A stretch of 64,000 nt of DNA, from positions 248,001 through 312,000 of the forward strand of contig NOWV01000003.1 of NCBI GenBank assembly GCA_003344405.1. Reading direction: 5' to 3'. Made by a program: the position numbers and the translations under genes. The stretch is from Trichoplax sp. H2 (taxonomy: Eukaryota). This document shows, in pieces, positions 1 to 20,249 of the stretch. Position 1 is the stretch's first letter. Every line of letters starts with the position of its first letter. The notes under the pieces were generated by a model that searched no databases, had not been told where the DNA came from, and worked only from the letters and a program-made list of their open reading frames with translations.

Positions 1-44
1 CAAAGAGATACCATATTTTTATGCCTTTTAACTATGCTTTACAG

Positions 45-441
45 GTATTTAAATATAAGTACGCTCATAGCGAGCTTGCTGGGAAGACATTAGATATCCA
101 AGTATGGGATCGTGACATTGGACGTAAAAATGATTTTATAGGTAAATTATACAAATGTTTATAACAAATACGACTATATTACCAAACATTTAATGCTAAT
201 CTAACCGTAGAAATAGTGTTATCTAATTACCTTGCTATATAGTTGCTATAACGTAATAAATCACTTTCAGTAAGTAGATACAAAATTATAACCGTCACTC
301 ATCTCTGTAGGTGGTGTCTATCTCGGTAAAGACTCAAGCGGAGATCAATTAAGGCACTGGTTTCAAACACTAAAGACACCTAACGCGAAATTCACCCATT
401 TTCACACTCTAACAGACGAATTACGACACCCAGCAGAATAG
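45..441 (+). CDS. 3' end (last two coding exons, 45-141 and 311-441) of a rabphilin-3A/Doc2-like C2B-domain protein; the gene starts before the window
   Basis: Spliced translation [66 protein letters not shown]...* resembles the rabphilin/Doc2 C2B end (LDISVWDYDIGKSNDYIGG...LKHW). The intron is canonical GT-AG. Confidence 0.8.
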
Positions 442-2836
442 ATCACCAATTTAGGAACGCATTTGATTAGCTTGACATCATAAGTAACATTTGAAGGGGC
501 TACTTGCTATCAATTCTTCTCTGAACAAATCACAGAAAAATTATATTACCAATGTCGACCTAAGCCATGTATCTATTATCCTTATTTATTTTATTTTGTT
601 TGTAGCTAATCATTGTAATTTCCTACAATTTCCTATTTCCTTTTGTGCAATGCAAAAAATTATAAATGTATGAGAATAGTTCCGGTCATAACATTCTCTT
701 ACTAATAATAAGCGTAAATCTGAACGACTGTTTATATAAATCTAACTTTGACCTTAAATTGCTACCTCGGTCGACCTTGTACCCAGTTGTTTAGGTGATA
801 GTGTAAAATCTGAATAGTATTGATATTGTATATTATACTACATTATTATATCTGTAACTTATATGTATATTTATTTATCAACATGTACTACTAATACAGA
901 AGGATTAAGACCGAAATGGGATGACTTCGTATTAACTAAAACTAAAGTATACTGCCTTCTTTACCATCGATAAACTAGCTACGACATCAGCACTATCCCT
1001 GGTAAAAATCAGTCTCATTAATTAATCAATAGTTAAGAATCTTGCTACTAGCCTGTTAGCCTTTACCTTCTATACTGAATTTATGTGAAAATAGATCAAG
1101 TTATATTGCTTCCAATATTTAAGGCACTGATTAGACACGAATAGCACCCTTTTAAGTGTAATTATTCAACGGTCAAAAAGTTATGAATCGCCGTAGTCGA
1201 TCTTGTGGTTTCTAATTAAATTATTACAGGTACATGCAGATGCATGATAAAATTTGTTTAATTTAGTACAGTATATCAGTATTCGTAGGTAAGCACCGAC
1301 AAGGAGTTCTCCCTCATGTATTTATCGTTATTGGTTCATTCCACGAAGTACTCGTAATACAGTACGAGGTTTGTTTCCTTAATAAGGTTATGGACAGATG
1401 ATAGCCATTAGGTTACATATCTACTGCAATGAGTCAAGCTAAAGTCCAAACTTTCATTTAACGGAAAAGAATATGAAAATGTTAATACTACTAAACATAT
1501 GCGATCACCCACAGTAAACCTTTTATATCTGGCTTATGCTACTAAATGTATACATAAGCGTTTAAATTAGCTATTTGTAAGCCGAATTGATAAATAAATG
1601 TTACGGCATTGCTATACATACTAATATTAGTGTGTGCTATTACCTAACGAATCATTCAAAAATTATCTACTTCGATTGCAGTCAAGAGAACCGATTAAAA
1701 ATTAATTAAAATCTTTTTTTTGATTTTGTTATATAACATACTAACAACGCTACCAAACTAAAATAATTTTATAAGTGATCTCGGAACCAGAACCTACTAA
1801 GCAAACAATGCATTCAATTTAATAATCAAATATTCACTATAGCAAGTAAAAACATCATTTCCCGATATATATTCATATACGTAAAAGTATCATTACTGCC
1901 TTAAAGATTTCAGATTATGTCAAAGCTGCACTAATACCGAGAATTTACAGTACTGTAGAACCTTAAAAAAGTAAAGTTTTATTTCAATGTTTAAAATTTA
2001 ACGGAATATCCTATTTGGTAAGTACAGAATTATAATTGAACGTGAATACAAACGCAGTCAATTTGTTCTAGTGCTGTGTGAAATGTTACTGAAGCCTAAC
2101 ACGGCATGGTTCTATCATATCGAGTGATAAAATTCAACAACATCTTTAATAAAACAATTCTTCAATTACTAATGCAACTTAGTCAATAAAACAATAAATT
2201 GGCCGTCAAATTTATCATATTTTACTATTTTTTTAAATGCTAATCTAATGAGCAAGCTTCAATCTCGATTAATAATTATAATTAACAAAATAAGAAGAAC
2301 ACATGTCTTATACTACCAAGGATGCATAAGTAAAATAAGTACAAGGCAGAGTTTGCAATGTATTTCTAATCAAATAAAGTGGAAAGTAACCAGATTTCGA
2401 TTACCTTCTCCTATAGTACAATGAATGCGTTGTAAATACGCAAATATTGTTTTACAACCGTTTCTAGCGCAGTGATAAAATTGCGGTGCTATCTTTTTTA
2501 ACGTCGTTAATGTGACTGTAATGATAACAGGATGAAAGGTGAATTCGAAATTGTTATCAAAACTGCGAATTTTAGCTATTGAGTTATCATCACTAAGGTA
2601 AGAATCTATTTATCGAGTTAAACGTAGCTTTTAAGAATCCATCAACATTATTACCTTTGTGAATTGGTTAGAGTAAGATTAAATTATTATTTAGTCTAAA
2701 TTCACATCAGGAATAATTTTAGTCGTATAATACTAGTAGTCCTTGTCTGTCAATTTCCTTGTGATAGCGACATCGCTGAAAGGTGAATATTGCAAACAGT
2801 AAAGAATAAAAGCTTAAAATTGTTAATATTTGTTTA

Positions 2837-3955
2837 TTATTCTACCATACTTTTAACAGATTTCCGTTTTCGACGCCGTTCTTCTATTTCTTTCCTCACG
2901 CGTATTTCAACTTCTCGACGAATTCGCTCCTCCACTTCTCTACGAATTGCCTCTTCATCGATATCACTTATGTCATCGCTTGAATCAATACTACATGAAT
3001 TGGTGCTATCTTGGTCTGCTTCATACGTCATTTCATATTCATTCTGGAGATTTTCTATGCCTCTATCTCCACTGTTGTTATAGGATTTCTCAGTATCTGC
3101 TAACTCGTGAGTTGGCCTCTCATACATTAGATCTTCCGCTACTTCTGCATTATTATCTCCTTCTACATTAGTAGATACATTAGCATCGCTTGCAGCAGTA
3201 TCATCCAAAAATTGAATATCTTGATTCATTTCCATAACGGAAGTCACATCTTTACCGTTGCATTCATCTTCATTCTCATTGTTCTGTCCAGGCGAAGATT
3301 TAACAGATCTTTGTTCATCAGTATCACTAGGAATCTCGGGTTCGACAGCATGCTTTTCTATTACTTTATCCTTTTTAGCTACTACTTTCTCGTCATCAGC
3401 GATATCTTGCATCGGATCTGTTAACTGCACTTCAAGTATCTCGCTTTTATCGACAATGTGCCAATCATCTCGATCATCGCTGTTTTCAACATCTTCCGTC
3501 TGTGTACGTGAGCTTTGTAGATTGCCCGAATCCAAATCGGCATCTCCTTGCTGGAGTGAAACATTAGTTTTATCAAGCTTATTATTTTCTCGTTGTCCAT
3601 CTGAAAGTTCATTTTCCGACGTAGACAGGCCTTTAATAGCTTCTGTTGCAGGCTTCGTGTCTTCCACTGTCTTCCCGTCTCTCGGCGCATCTGCTTCTCC
3701 AGTATCTTTGACACTCCGATTAGCCGCCGTATCAAGATCCTCACAAAATTTTCTTAAATCAATATCTTGTTTCTCCATAATAACAACAGAATTTTCGCTT
3801 TTACTAGCAATATTAGACCCATTTTGATTCGTCTTGTTAGTGTACAGTTTTCCAATCAATGCTTCTAATTTCTTTATACGTGTTTCGTTAGCTAATATTG
3901 TTAGTTTTAAAACTTTGACTTGTTCCTTGGCTAATGCCTTTAAACCATTTGTTTC
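2837..3955 (-). CDS. CORO1: Candidate alternative terminal exon of coronin: a second coiled coil (RIKKLE), a long acidic low-complexity tail and an E/R-rich helix
   Basis: Acceptor TTAG at 3959-3956 is phase 0, like the donor after 5300. The open frame ETNGLKALAKEQVKVLKLTILANETRIKKLEALIG... runs into the 340-aa ORF 2837-3859. Confidence 0.7.
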   Translation of the reverse strand, partial: ETNGLKALAKEQVKVLKLTILANETRIKKLEALIGKLYTNKTNQNGSNIASKSENSVVIMEKQDIDLRKFCEDLDTAANRSVKDTGEADAPRDGKTVEDTKPATEAIKGLSTSENELSDGQRENNKLDKTNVSLQQGDADLDSGNLQSSRTQTEDVENSDDRDDWHIVDKSEILEVQLTDPMQDIADDEKVVAKKDKVIEKHAVEPEIPSDTDEQRSVKSSPGQNNENEDECNGKDVTSVMEMNQDIQFLDDTAASDANVSTNVEGDNNAEVAEDLMYERPTHELADTEKSYNNSGDRGIENLQNEYEMTYEADQDSTNSCSIDSSDDISDIDEEAIRREVEERIRREVEIRVRKEIEERRRKRKSVKSMVE

Positions 3956-4712
3956 CTAACGTTAGACGAAAACAATCAGGTACATACTTCAGACAATCCA
4001 ATTATACTAACGTGAAGTTTAGATTCTTATTGGAAACTACCAGTATTATTTAACAATTTTAATTCGAAGTTCAAAACTAAGTTACAAAATAGTATAAATT
4101 TCATACATAGGTCAGGGCCATACAGTATATCGTGGAGGTGTAATGAATTGTTAGCACATTTTCTGTACTACCTAATGCTCAAATAATTTGCAGTTATGTG
4201 TTGTAAAACATGCAGCAAAATAAATGCGAGATCATGTGTCGACACTGCTAAGTTAGATGTAACTTAAAGCAAACGGTAATTAATGCACGCAATTCCCTAT
4301 CACTGGGACCATGATACGCTTGTTTCACATCGAAATCTCCTTCACCTCCCGAAGTAAGAATTTATTAAAAAAGTAGAAATCGTATTTCGTAATCAAAAGT
4401 ACATCAATTTGTAGGTTCAGATCAATTCGAATATCGAGAATCAGAATCGTATATATTCAGTCTACAGTCAACATTAGTTTCACGAACGGATCATATATCA
4501 GCAAATAAAAACTTATTGAGCCTCTCTTAAAAAGATAGGGAATCATATAGTATAAATGCTGCTATTTTAAGTAACTGATAACGAAGTGTATTTATAATAG
4601 CAGTTTAGAGACGTTCGTTATTTCTGATTTAATTAGTTAAAAGGTTTGTATTTGATGGGTATTACTAAGTAAGGATAAGTATGGAATCTCCAAATAGAAT
4701 CAATACAACAGA

Positions 4713-9427
<4,715 letters not shown>

Positions 9428-10701
9428 AATAGTACTATAAAATGACGGATAACATTTAATACATACTGTATAATACACTTTACCTAATAAAAGTATTACA
9501 CCAATTAGTAGCACAGTACTGTACCGTACTGTGCGCAAAACGTAGCCTCCGAAAACACCGTACCGTACTGTGGTTAGTACTGTACGTAGCACTGACCACA
9601 CAATTTCTGTATACAGTACACTACTGGACTGTTTTGTAATTCCGTTCAGTACCACTGTATAAAATGTACAGTACTGTACAGTACACTACAGCTACCAGCT
9701 AGGTAGCAGAAGAACGTTTTTTTTAAGGCCTCATCAAAAAATTTAAAATTTATCCTTTTAGTATGGTACTTCAACATTATCAATATCATTATAATTAACA
9801 TTTTTTTAGTTAGTTTGGAGTTAATCCCAACATTTGAAGGTCCATTAATCAAAGCTAGCAATGCGAGTACTGATTATACGACATACTGTATTTTCTGATA
9901 GAAATATTATATTTATATTTACTGAACTAACCTCGCAACGATCCCAACGACTAGGTAAATGACGCGAACGTGGTTTAGAAAGAAAGTGATCTGGATTCTA
10001 TGGACAAAGCTCACATGACAGTACAGAATTACACTGGTACTGTAAATAATGAAGCACGTACTGTACCGTACTGTACCGTACTGTACAAGCCTTGACGTCA
10101 CAGGTCACGGAAAGCTTATAGTACTGTACAGTACTGTACTGTACAACTGTACGTGTACAGTATCACTCTTGAACTCTTTTCCTTACTCTACAGTACAGTA
10201 CAGTACTGTAATTAAAATGCATTGTTTACTACAGTATGTATACTGTACAGTACAGTACTGTACTGTACTTTATTTAAGAGTACGGTGCGGTACGGTACAG
10301 CTATGGACTATTAAAAAAAATTTTACTGTTGAGCGTCCATGCCGTCCATTTTATAGAGGTTTATTACTATGACAAACCTATTTGGTGACTACATACTGTA
10401 CTGTACAGTGCGTTATGACACATACGTACAATACTGTACTGTACACTGTACAGTACTGTAGTCATAGTGTCTGTAACTCTACAGTACTGTACAGTACAGT
10501 ATGTGCGAGTATAACAGAATCACAGTTTTACTGTACCTTTCACAGACTTTACTGTTAATTTTTTATTTACTAGGCTAAGATTCTCCAATGAGCTCGAATA
10601 ACTAACTACATCAAGTATCAATTTGAGGCTTACTAGGAATTAAGAGTAAATTTAAACACTAATTTGTAGATTTCAAAATACATTTGTCTTTTTGACCCAA
10701 A

Positions 10702-13700
10702 ATGTTTGAAAAAAATCTGAACGATTTGGTTCGAGGCATCAGAGCTAATAAAAGTAATGAGGTACGGATTATCGAAAGCTTGTTGTGTTCAGTAATGTTA
10801 TAATCTTTATATGCATATTACATGCCGCACTAAAATTGCATGTATACGAAATGATGAAAAGAGCGATCTGTGATTCTATGTACGATGTAACATGATACAA
10901 CAAACACTATTTTAAAACTCCGAACTAATTTTTACATTTTAGGCAAAATATATTGCTCAATGCATTGAAGAAATCAAGCATGAACTACGACAAGATAATA
11001 CCAACGTCAAAGCAAATGCAATTTGCAAGCTGATTTATGTAAGTGCGCTGTAGTAGTATACGTTAGGGTTACATCGGTCTCTAAATTGTGGTATGCACTG
11101 TACATATGTACATTGTACAGTAGCAATAGTACACAGTACTTGTATTTTTAGATTTTTAGATTGAAGTTGGAAGTTGCACAAAGCGCAATTTTCGTTAAAG
11201 CGCTGCTACCCAGTATTGCATCGTATTTTACTTCGTAGTCTGTGGACGAATTTGTAACTGTAACACAAATATTATAAATTACAGACAGCTTACAACTCAG
11301 CAGTGACTACCGAATATAGTGTCAGCTTAACATTTCAAAAAATTGCAGTAACCGATTTTGTGTTGTCGCTAAAGAACAATATAGAAGAACCGCATCTACT
11401 GTATACGCCTATAACGCAATCACATACTGTACAGTTCAGCACATGATTAAGTTATATAGTATTCGAAACGGTTACCGTTCTGTGCAATTAATCCATTAAT
11501 TATTTACTGTAGTTATGCGTTCTATTTACTCGCACAGTTGTGGTTGTCGTCTGATGTGATTTGCAGTTTTTTGCTATACGGTATGACATGAAGATTTTAT
11601 TCGATTGTCTGTAGTGTTCTAATTAACAGATACTAACTCGTTTTGAGTTTAAAGCTACAATTATACAATATCTTCCTTAACAGTATATTCTAATTCGACA
11701 GCTATTTGTCTTTTATTTCAAATACTATTTTCGTACTTTATTTAACCCTTATATTGCGTTTTACAGTTGCAAATGTTTGGTTATGATATCAGTTGGGCAG
11801 CTTTTAATGTCATCGAAGTGATGAGTTCTACCAAGTTTACTCACAAGGTAAGCTCTATTGCATTTTGCCTTATAATTTGGTACCGTTTTTATAGCATACG
11901 TCAATTCTATCTCAATTTTACTATAATTTAGTCTTTGTTTTCACATTCCTTGCTATTTATTATACTTCGTTGTAGCGTATCGGTTATTTAGCTTCATCTC
12001 AATGCTTTACTGAAGATATGGATATTTTAACCTTAACGACTAACCTGATTCGAAAAGTGAGGCTTTATGCTACTCTATGGAGAAAAATTGTTATTCGATT
12101 ATCAAATTACTATAGATATACGCGTACTTCTTAGATATACTGATGCAAAGTTATATATTAACAAATTCTACCAGGATTTTTCAAGTCAAAACCAATACGA
12201 TGCTGCAGTAACCTTGAATGGGCTTTCATGCTTTGTATCTGCAGATTTAGCCCGCGACCTTGCTAATGATGTCATTACTTTAGTTAGTATCATTCCTTCA
12301 CAGTTAATCGGATATTGTCCTTCTTCTTACACTGTATTTTACTCATCTTTTTTATCTTATAGCTTGCATCAACTAAGCCATACATTCGTAAAAGGGCGAT
12401 AATAGTGCTATATAAAATATTCTTAAAGGTAACAATATGAAGATCCATGCGTTTTGTAGTTGTCTAATAACAACTGAATATGACTGTTCGCTAAAATATA
12501 TTAATTGTGGGTCAATTCACAAATTTGAAAGCATATTGTAATAATAGTTTCTGTCTACTAAAGTAAGAGATAGACAATGCAATAGTTTTACTTTGTTGCT
12601 TACTCGCTATTATGATCTATAATTACAGTTCGATCCGTTTATTGCGTCTGCCAGGCCCTAATAGAATCTAATCCATATGTTTTTCAATTGACAGTTTCCG
12701 GAAGCACTTCGACCAGCATATCCAAGATTAAAAGCAAAATTAGACGATCCCGAACCAAGTTTGTATAACAATTTATTCATTGCATTGTACTTCTGAGACT
12801 AATGAATAAAACCTACCGTATCTATTTAGGGATGTATATATACGAGATAGTACTTTACCTAATAATCATTTATTTAAAGGTGTACAATCTGCTGCCGTTA
12901 ACGTCATATGTGAATTGGCTAGGAAGAATCCACAGAATTATTTATCGCTAGCACCAATCTTTTTCAAGCTCATGACGAACTCTACAAATAATTGGATGCT
13001 GATAAAAATTATTAAGCTGGTTTGAAAAACGATACTTCAGTAGTTATACTCACATTCTAATACCGGATAGTCTACTGCTTTTAACAACAGTGACGGATTT
13101 CTTGTTGTAAAGAGTATAAACAATTCCTTACTACTATTATTATTATCTTTACTCCAGTTCGCAGCCCTAACGCCTCTGGAGCCACGCCTTGGAAAGAAGC
13201 TGATTGAGCCTCTCACTAACCTTATACATAGGTCAAATAATTATGTTATGATTATTTTTGATTTAGCTTAATTAATCTCTTAATTTAGGTAAATATTTTT
13301 TGCTATCATTTAATTTGAGACACTCTTTAATTGACTATACAGCACCTCAGCAATGTCCCTTCTGTATGAATGTATCAATACCGTTATCGCTGGTAAAAAA
13401 TTAAGCTTATTTAAACTTGCTGCATCCTCTTATTGTTAACGCAGTATTGTATCTTCTAGTACTGTTAGCCTTTACCAGTATGCCAAACCATTCTTCATCT
13501 GTACAGGTAAAGGCTGATCATTCCTAAGAATTCATAAAAAATTTCAAAAACTATACGTATAAGTATAACCTTCTTAAAACAATTATTATGTTACTATTCA
13601 GCTCTGCGTTTCCAAGTTAAGATTGTTAATTGAAGACGCCGATCAAAATTGTAAGTTAGGATTAAAAGTCAACCAAAGTCTAACAATAATAATACGATAC

Positions 13701-16700
13701 GATATAGTTTTAGAGCTTGCCGTCACTCCAACTCATTTACAAATCTCTTTATGCTAATTTAAATATCACTACACTACCGCCAACGTACATTGTAAATATG
13801 TTTGAGTAGATGGCTGTTTAGAAGGATAATTACTGCATATTAGCCGATTTTGTCCAATTGCAACTTTTTACCAATCCGCTAAAAACTTATTTGCAATTGC
13901 TACAAATTTTAATAGTGAAATACCTAGGGTTGCTAGCAATGTCGAAGATTCTAAAAGCTCATCCAAAAGCTGTTCAAGCACACAAGTACATAGCACTATT
14001 TACGGTATGTCTGAAAGTTTCAGGTCAGATATTCTAAAATTGGATTCCTTTGTAATCCACACAGAGATATGATTCTACGTTGCTTGGATGATAAAGATGA
14101 ATCAATTAAACTTCGAGCCTTAGATTTATTATCTGGCATGGTAAGCAAATAAACTTATCCCTTACTTAAATCTTTACAAGGTCTGTAAGAAATTATATTC
14201 ATTTTAGATCTCAAAGAAAAATTTAGTCGAAATTGTCAAAAAACTTATGCGTCACATCGAAACGACGGAAAGCACAAGTATAGCAATAACAAATCTAATG
14301 CTTGTATAATATTTACTAAAATGCTACCCTTTATGTTCCGTTAAATCATTTTACACAAAGGTTATCGTGATGAATTGCTATCGAAAATAATTCACATCTG
14401 TAGTCAATCAAATTATCAATACGTCGCTGATTTTGAATGGTTAGTAAAATAGCGTAAAATATCCACTGCTAAAAGAGGATGAAAAGCCGACAATTAAGAT
14501 ATCATAAATTTATTGGCCATTATTATAAATATGTGAAGCCTACGAATAAGAATAATAACAAAGTGCTCGCTTGATTATTTGAAATATAGGTATATAAGTG
14601 TTCTCGTTGAATTAGCACAAGTAGATGGGATTCATCATGGTTCCCTAGTAGCTACTCAGTTGTTAGATGTCACAGTACGTGTTAAAGGAATACGCGGATT
14701 TTCAGTCCAGCAAATGGTAGGTTATGTACAGTAGTTTCGATTGATTTTTAATGCCTTGGTAACACAAAAGAATTAGTAAGATTTTCTTGGATTGATAAGC
14801 AGACTTTATTATCACATTCTGTAGACGATGCTGCTCGAAAACTCTAAGTTAATGGGAATAACTGCTCAAGGATCTAGCACTGGCGATGTATTCTTTGCTG
14901 CTGCATGGATTGTTGGAGAATTCTCAGAGTATAATTGCTACGGCCTTTGTTTACCCCATACGCATAAACACAATATAATCGTAACACTAACTGATTGCTT
15001 GTTATTGCATAGGCATCTTAGCGACCTGCGAAGCATCATGCATATATTTTTACAGCCTCGTGCAACATCACTTCCGCCGCCTGTGCAAGCTGTTATCGTT
15101 CATAATATCCTAAAGCTGTATTCCAGGATATACTTAAAAGCAGAAAATGATGTAAATTGCTCTAACCAAACTAAGATATTATAATCCTTTTCTAGTATTA
15201 GTCACGCTGTATAATTATATTAATTTTTTTATAGAATGATCAAGATACTATAGCTGAAGTTACTCAAATGCTTATAGATCAGCTTCCGATGTTCGGTGAA
15301 AGTAGTGACCTAGAAGTACAGGAGCGTGTAAGTTACTGATTTTGCCTTCTGAAAATTTAATTTTTGATTGCACTACGTACTGAGACACTGAGCTGATTAA
15401 CATTTCCATAGGCCTGTTGTGCTATTCAGATGCTCAAATATATCCAGAAAATTCGCGATAAAGGTTTTGCAAGCTTTCAATGAAATTTCTCTCGATATAG
15501 AAACTACCGTATGCTATTAACAATTATCTAAAATAGAATGTACCCTTTCAATTTTAGGCCTTACTGTAACGGACGAAGTAAGAGAAATGTTCGCTGGGGA
15601 ATTAAACCCTGTTGCTACGAAAGCACAAAAAAAGGTTCCTGTTCCAGAAGGGTAGGCAATTACTAGAACTAGCCAATGTATAAATGCCAGCTTATACGCA
15701 ACTCTTACTGCACATCATTTTATGATGGTAATGAATTTATGACAGGAACAGCCATAGAGTCGCAGCCAGTAACCGTTTTTCTCTTTGTATGATTGTATGT
15801 TTGTTGCTCATATGTTTCAGCTGTGCTGATAGGCTATTCATTCCACGAGTATTAACACTTCAGACTTACTTTATTGTAGGTCAGTTAATTGAATCAGATC
15901 ACTAGCGTCACAATAATTTCGTAGCATATCGTAATAGCATCTGCTAATAACTGAAACGGATAATTTACGTTCTGCTAGTACCTGCATGATGTGCTATTTG
16001 TTGTAAGAATTTGTTAAGACGATATATTCGTAGTTTACAGTTTTGTCATATTCAGTGTAAAACACCCCCCTCTTTGTACGTACGATCTCTTTCTTTTTAT
16101 AGATTAATTACGCAAAAATTCGAATGTCCAATAATGATGTAGTAAAATAAAGATTGCAGAAATAAGTCAGCATATAGATACACGATACAGTATCATTTTG
16201 TATTGAATACTAGCCTAAGGTTAGCACTAATACGTATATTGCCTAACTAGTAACATCGCGATTTCTATATATTTTATACAGTTTGAATTTAGATATTTGG
16301 ATTAATGATCCTCCGTCTGATAGCTCAGATGACGAACTCAATAATGATGCTATGTTTGTTACTGAAGAAGACCACAAGTGAGACGGAAGTTCAGTAATTA
16401 ACTTCTATTTGCAATAAAACTCTTACATCAATGCCTATTCCATTTTAGTATCAGTAACATACAAGGTATTAAATACCCCAAAGTGGACGAAGACGAATTG
16501 AAAAAGGTTCTACATATACCAATACGTCTATCCCGTTTAAAGCTCGAGGCTCATGATAAATGATGTTAATTAACTTTATTTTAATTATGTACGAAACGAC
16601 AGAGAAGAGAAGCCAGAAAACTTGAACAGGAAAATAATCCGTATTACATTAAAGGAAATACGAAGTCCAAAGTAATATTATTAATATATGTTATGTTTCT

Positions 16701-19700
16701 TCGATAGTATATTTAAAAGGCGAAATTGGATTAATGAAATGTTTACACATAGGAGTTAGAAGGGCCTGATATTAATGATATTCCAGTTGCCTCACTAGAC
16801 TTAACTGTACCTCTCAAGGTTCCTGGTAATATGATACTTTCCACTCTATAGCCTTCCACTGTTTGAAATAGCACTTTAAAAATATCGATGTTATCATTAA
16901 TGCGTAGGAAAAGAAAGTGTGAAGAAATCAAAAAGAAAAAAGAAAAAAGGTGAAGATATACAGTTAATTTAATTTTAAATTAAGAAAACACTGGTAAAGT
17001 TTTCTATTATCTTATAGGGCGTAAGCATGATACCGAAGAAGATAACGATAATGTGGTCGCTACACACGATGTTAACACCGACATGGGAGAAATGCCCGAG
17101 GTTAGCTCAATATTGATTAGGAAACCGTGATATATGTTGCCGATCTAATTCGTAGATTAGTGTAAATAATTACAGTCATTTTGAAATTTAGGGTGCCGTT
17201 TCAACGGACGATGAAGAAAAAGAGAAAAAGGATCCATACAACTTCCTAAACGTTGATTTAGAAAAGTATGTACATATAGAAAAAAATAGAAATATATCCG
17301 GTATCAACCTGCACCTTTTCAAATAAATATATATCTAGACCATTAACTGAAGCTGATATGATACCTGTACCGAAGCATCACGAGGCCAGTAACAAACCGG
17401 CTGATGATGAAGATACTGAGACTGCTAAGGTAAAACTATACGAAAAGTTTACTACCTGCAGTAGTATGCAAAAGATATAATTTAAGTCAGGTTTTACACA
17501 ATATATTTTATCCTAAATAGAATAAATTGAAAAAAACTAAGAAAAAGAAAGATAAAGAAAAGGTATTACCTGAGATTATTACATTACGTTTACATTTGAA
17601 ATAAGCTTAAATTACTTACTGTATGCATTATCAGACAAAAGGAAAAAAGTCCTCAAACTCTAAAAAAGACAAAAGCAGTAAGAGGAAAAAGGGTTTGTAC
17701 AAGAAAAAAATCTTCCTTTTTGTTTAAATTACTGTATGTATATAAAACTATACATGCGAACTGGTATACCTATTTGTTGAATATTTATCTAGCTAACGTA
17801 ATTATTTGTGGTTGACAAAAAGGGATTGATATTGTTCCTCCTAACGACACAGAAGAAGCCGTGGAGGCAAATCTTATATCAGATGAAACGGTGCCTGCTT
17901 TAACAACACCTGAATTATCACAAAACTCGAAATCTACAGGGGAGAAAGAGTTAGAAAGTGTTACTAACAAAGTAATGTCGTATGTTTTAATTACCAATAA
18001 AATGGCGATCTAATATTTCACTGTATCTGACACAACAATTGTTTCACTAAAAGACAATTAAAATATATTGAAAACTAATATAAATAATATATACGATAGA
18101 TGGATGATATAAACTTCTGGCTAACCAACAATGACACTTCATCTGCTGGCCACATTACGGTATAGGGTGAATTTATTGGTTACTTTGTGTAATATCACCT
18201 TTAGAATAATAAATCACAAAATTTTCGGAATGGACGCTTTCTTAGATTCCAGATGCGACCGTAAATCCAGCTAACACTGTAGAAAATAACGATGTAAATG
18301 AAAAATCGGTAAGATTTTTTTACGGCTCGACCCGGGAATATGATAAAAGGCTTTAAAGTATGATTTCTCATTTGTTATTATTAACGGTGCAATAGAGGAA
18401 AGGGAAAAAGGATAAAAAACGTAAAAAGAAAGGAAAAAAAGTTAAACCATCAACCGAATCACGTTTGCTTGAAATGGCTGACCAACCCTCCGAACAAACT
18501 GATCTTGTTGAGGTCACATCTGACCAACCAGAAAAGGTTTTCTTAGACTAATTTCTCTTTTAATATTACATTGCTAGCATTAGCCATTCAAGCAAGTTAA
18601 CGAAATATTTACATATACTCATATTTACGTTATTTACCTAATGTGTTGCTAGTACGCCTCATCATATATTTTGCTTGGAGAAAGCGAAGATTTAAAAATG
18701 GTATTAAAGCTTTTTCGAAAAAATGTAATGGCTGTTTATAATAAGGATTTTTGTTATATTTCGTTACAGACTTGTAAAACTCAAATAAATCCACAATTTA
18801 GAAACCAAGTTATTGTTAGCATCATATTCAGGTATTACTGCTGATATTTAATAACTTTTGTTGGTTACGATATCTTTTTTTCTTGGCAGTACACAACAAT
18901 ACTAAATGTGACGATCTATCCTATACGTATTTACGTGTTAATTCGTCAATTTTATTCAAATTAGCAACAAAACCGACTTCATCATATCATCCTTGGAATT
19001 TAACGTTCTCGATACATTAAATACAAAGCTCCAAAGACCGGCAAGTTCCATTTACATACACTAGTTCTAATACCATTTACTAATTGATTTTAACATATAC
19101 TTTCGGTTGATCAACGTAGATCAATATCAACCCAGTCGAAGCAATTTCAGTGCCCTTCCAACTACAATCGAGTAAATATTAACGGTTTCCTAGCATTATT
19201 GAATTCTTTCTCCCTGTAATATTGATAAAATTTCTTTGGTCTAAATCTTGTAACAGTAGTTCAGCCAATTGTGATACTTAAAGTATCACCTTTATAACCT
19301 TACATTGTTATTCCTTCTAGATACAGAAAATGAGAGTCAATTTGCCTTTGATATTCAGAGTATTGTCATGCCACAGAAATTGCGTGGGACTTTAACGTAC
19401 ATGTTCAAGGTTCATTTTAAAATATCAAACCCTGTTACTTTTTAATGATATTTTAATAACATGTAATGCTATAAAATTTTCAATATTTTACATAGAATGA
19501 AGAGGGAACGTCTCATGAGAAAATAGACTTTAAGCTTGCCTTACCTTGTTCATCCTACCTTTACCCAGAGAATTGCTCTAGGTATGTCTTTAAAATTTTA
19601 ATGCGCACTTCGTAAATAAATCTATTCATTGATGTTACAGTAGTGACTGATGTAAAAATGTCTACTTTAAAATAGGAAAGAATTTACCGAAATCCTGGCA

Positions 19701-20249
19701 TCTGGAATCTTGCAATGCAAGCAATCAATTAAGGTGTTAACGCTTAACATTTATGTTTTATTTTCTCTAACAAAACCTCAATAAGAATTTCGAAGAGCGT
19801 GATCGATATAATCAACTCATTGATAACTTTATACGTGTGACCGCTTCATAAATAGATAAAGGTTGATGAAGAAAGTGATTTCCGAGCCGTACTTGGCCGC
19901 ATGTGCTCGCTATTACATGCCTCTGGTAACATACAATTTTTTCTTTTTTACTTTAATCATGAAAAATATAATAGATAGTTGATTTACTATCAATATGATC
20001 ATTTTTTGCAGTTATAGAACAGATAGATGGTGGAGCTTCATTATATGCCAGTTCAATCCAACGGCACCACATTTGCTTACTCGTAAAAATGATGGTAAGA
20101 CGCATCACTAAGCGGATCATGATATATTGAAACTAACCACCTACTATGTTTCATTACAGGCAACGAACATACTAACTGTCGATGCTAAAAGTACCGAAAG
20201 TATGCTCTTGTCACACTTACTAGATGAAATCAAAGCTGAATTTTCTTGA
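10702..20249 (+). CDS. AP3D1: AP-3 complex subunit delta-1 (about 40 exons)
   Basis: MFEKNLNDLVRGIR, GYDISWAAFNVIEVMSS, VQSAAVNVICELARKNPQNYLSLAP, CLDDKDESIKLRALDLL, ELNPVATKAQKKVPVPEG, a Lys-rich hinge, and an ear domain (MPQKLRGTLTY). Stop TGA at 20247-20249. Confidence 0.96.

Noticed and set aside
2790..3827. Plus-strand ORFs overlapping the long acidic exon
   Set aside because: These are Ser/Leu-rich antisense shadows of the minus-strand coding frame.
10093..10100. CRE palindrome TGACGTCA in the coronin/AP3D1 promoter
   Set aside because: A single 8-mer can occur by chance in 64 kb, and there is no supporting evidence.
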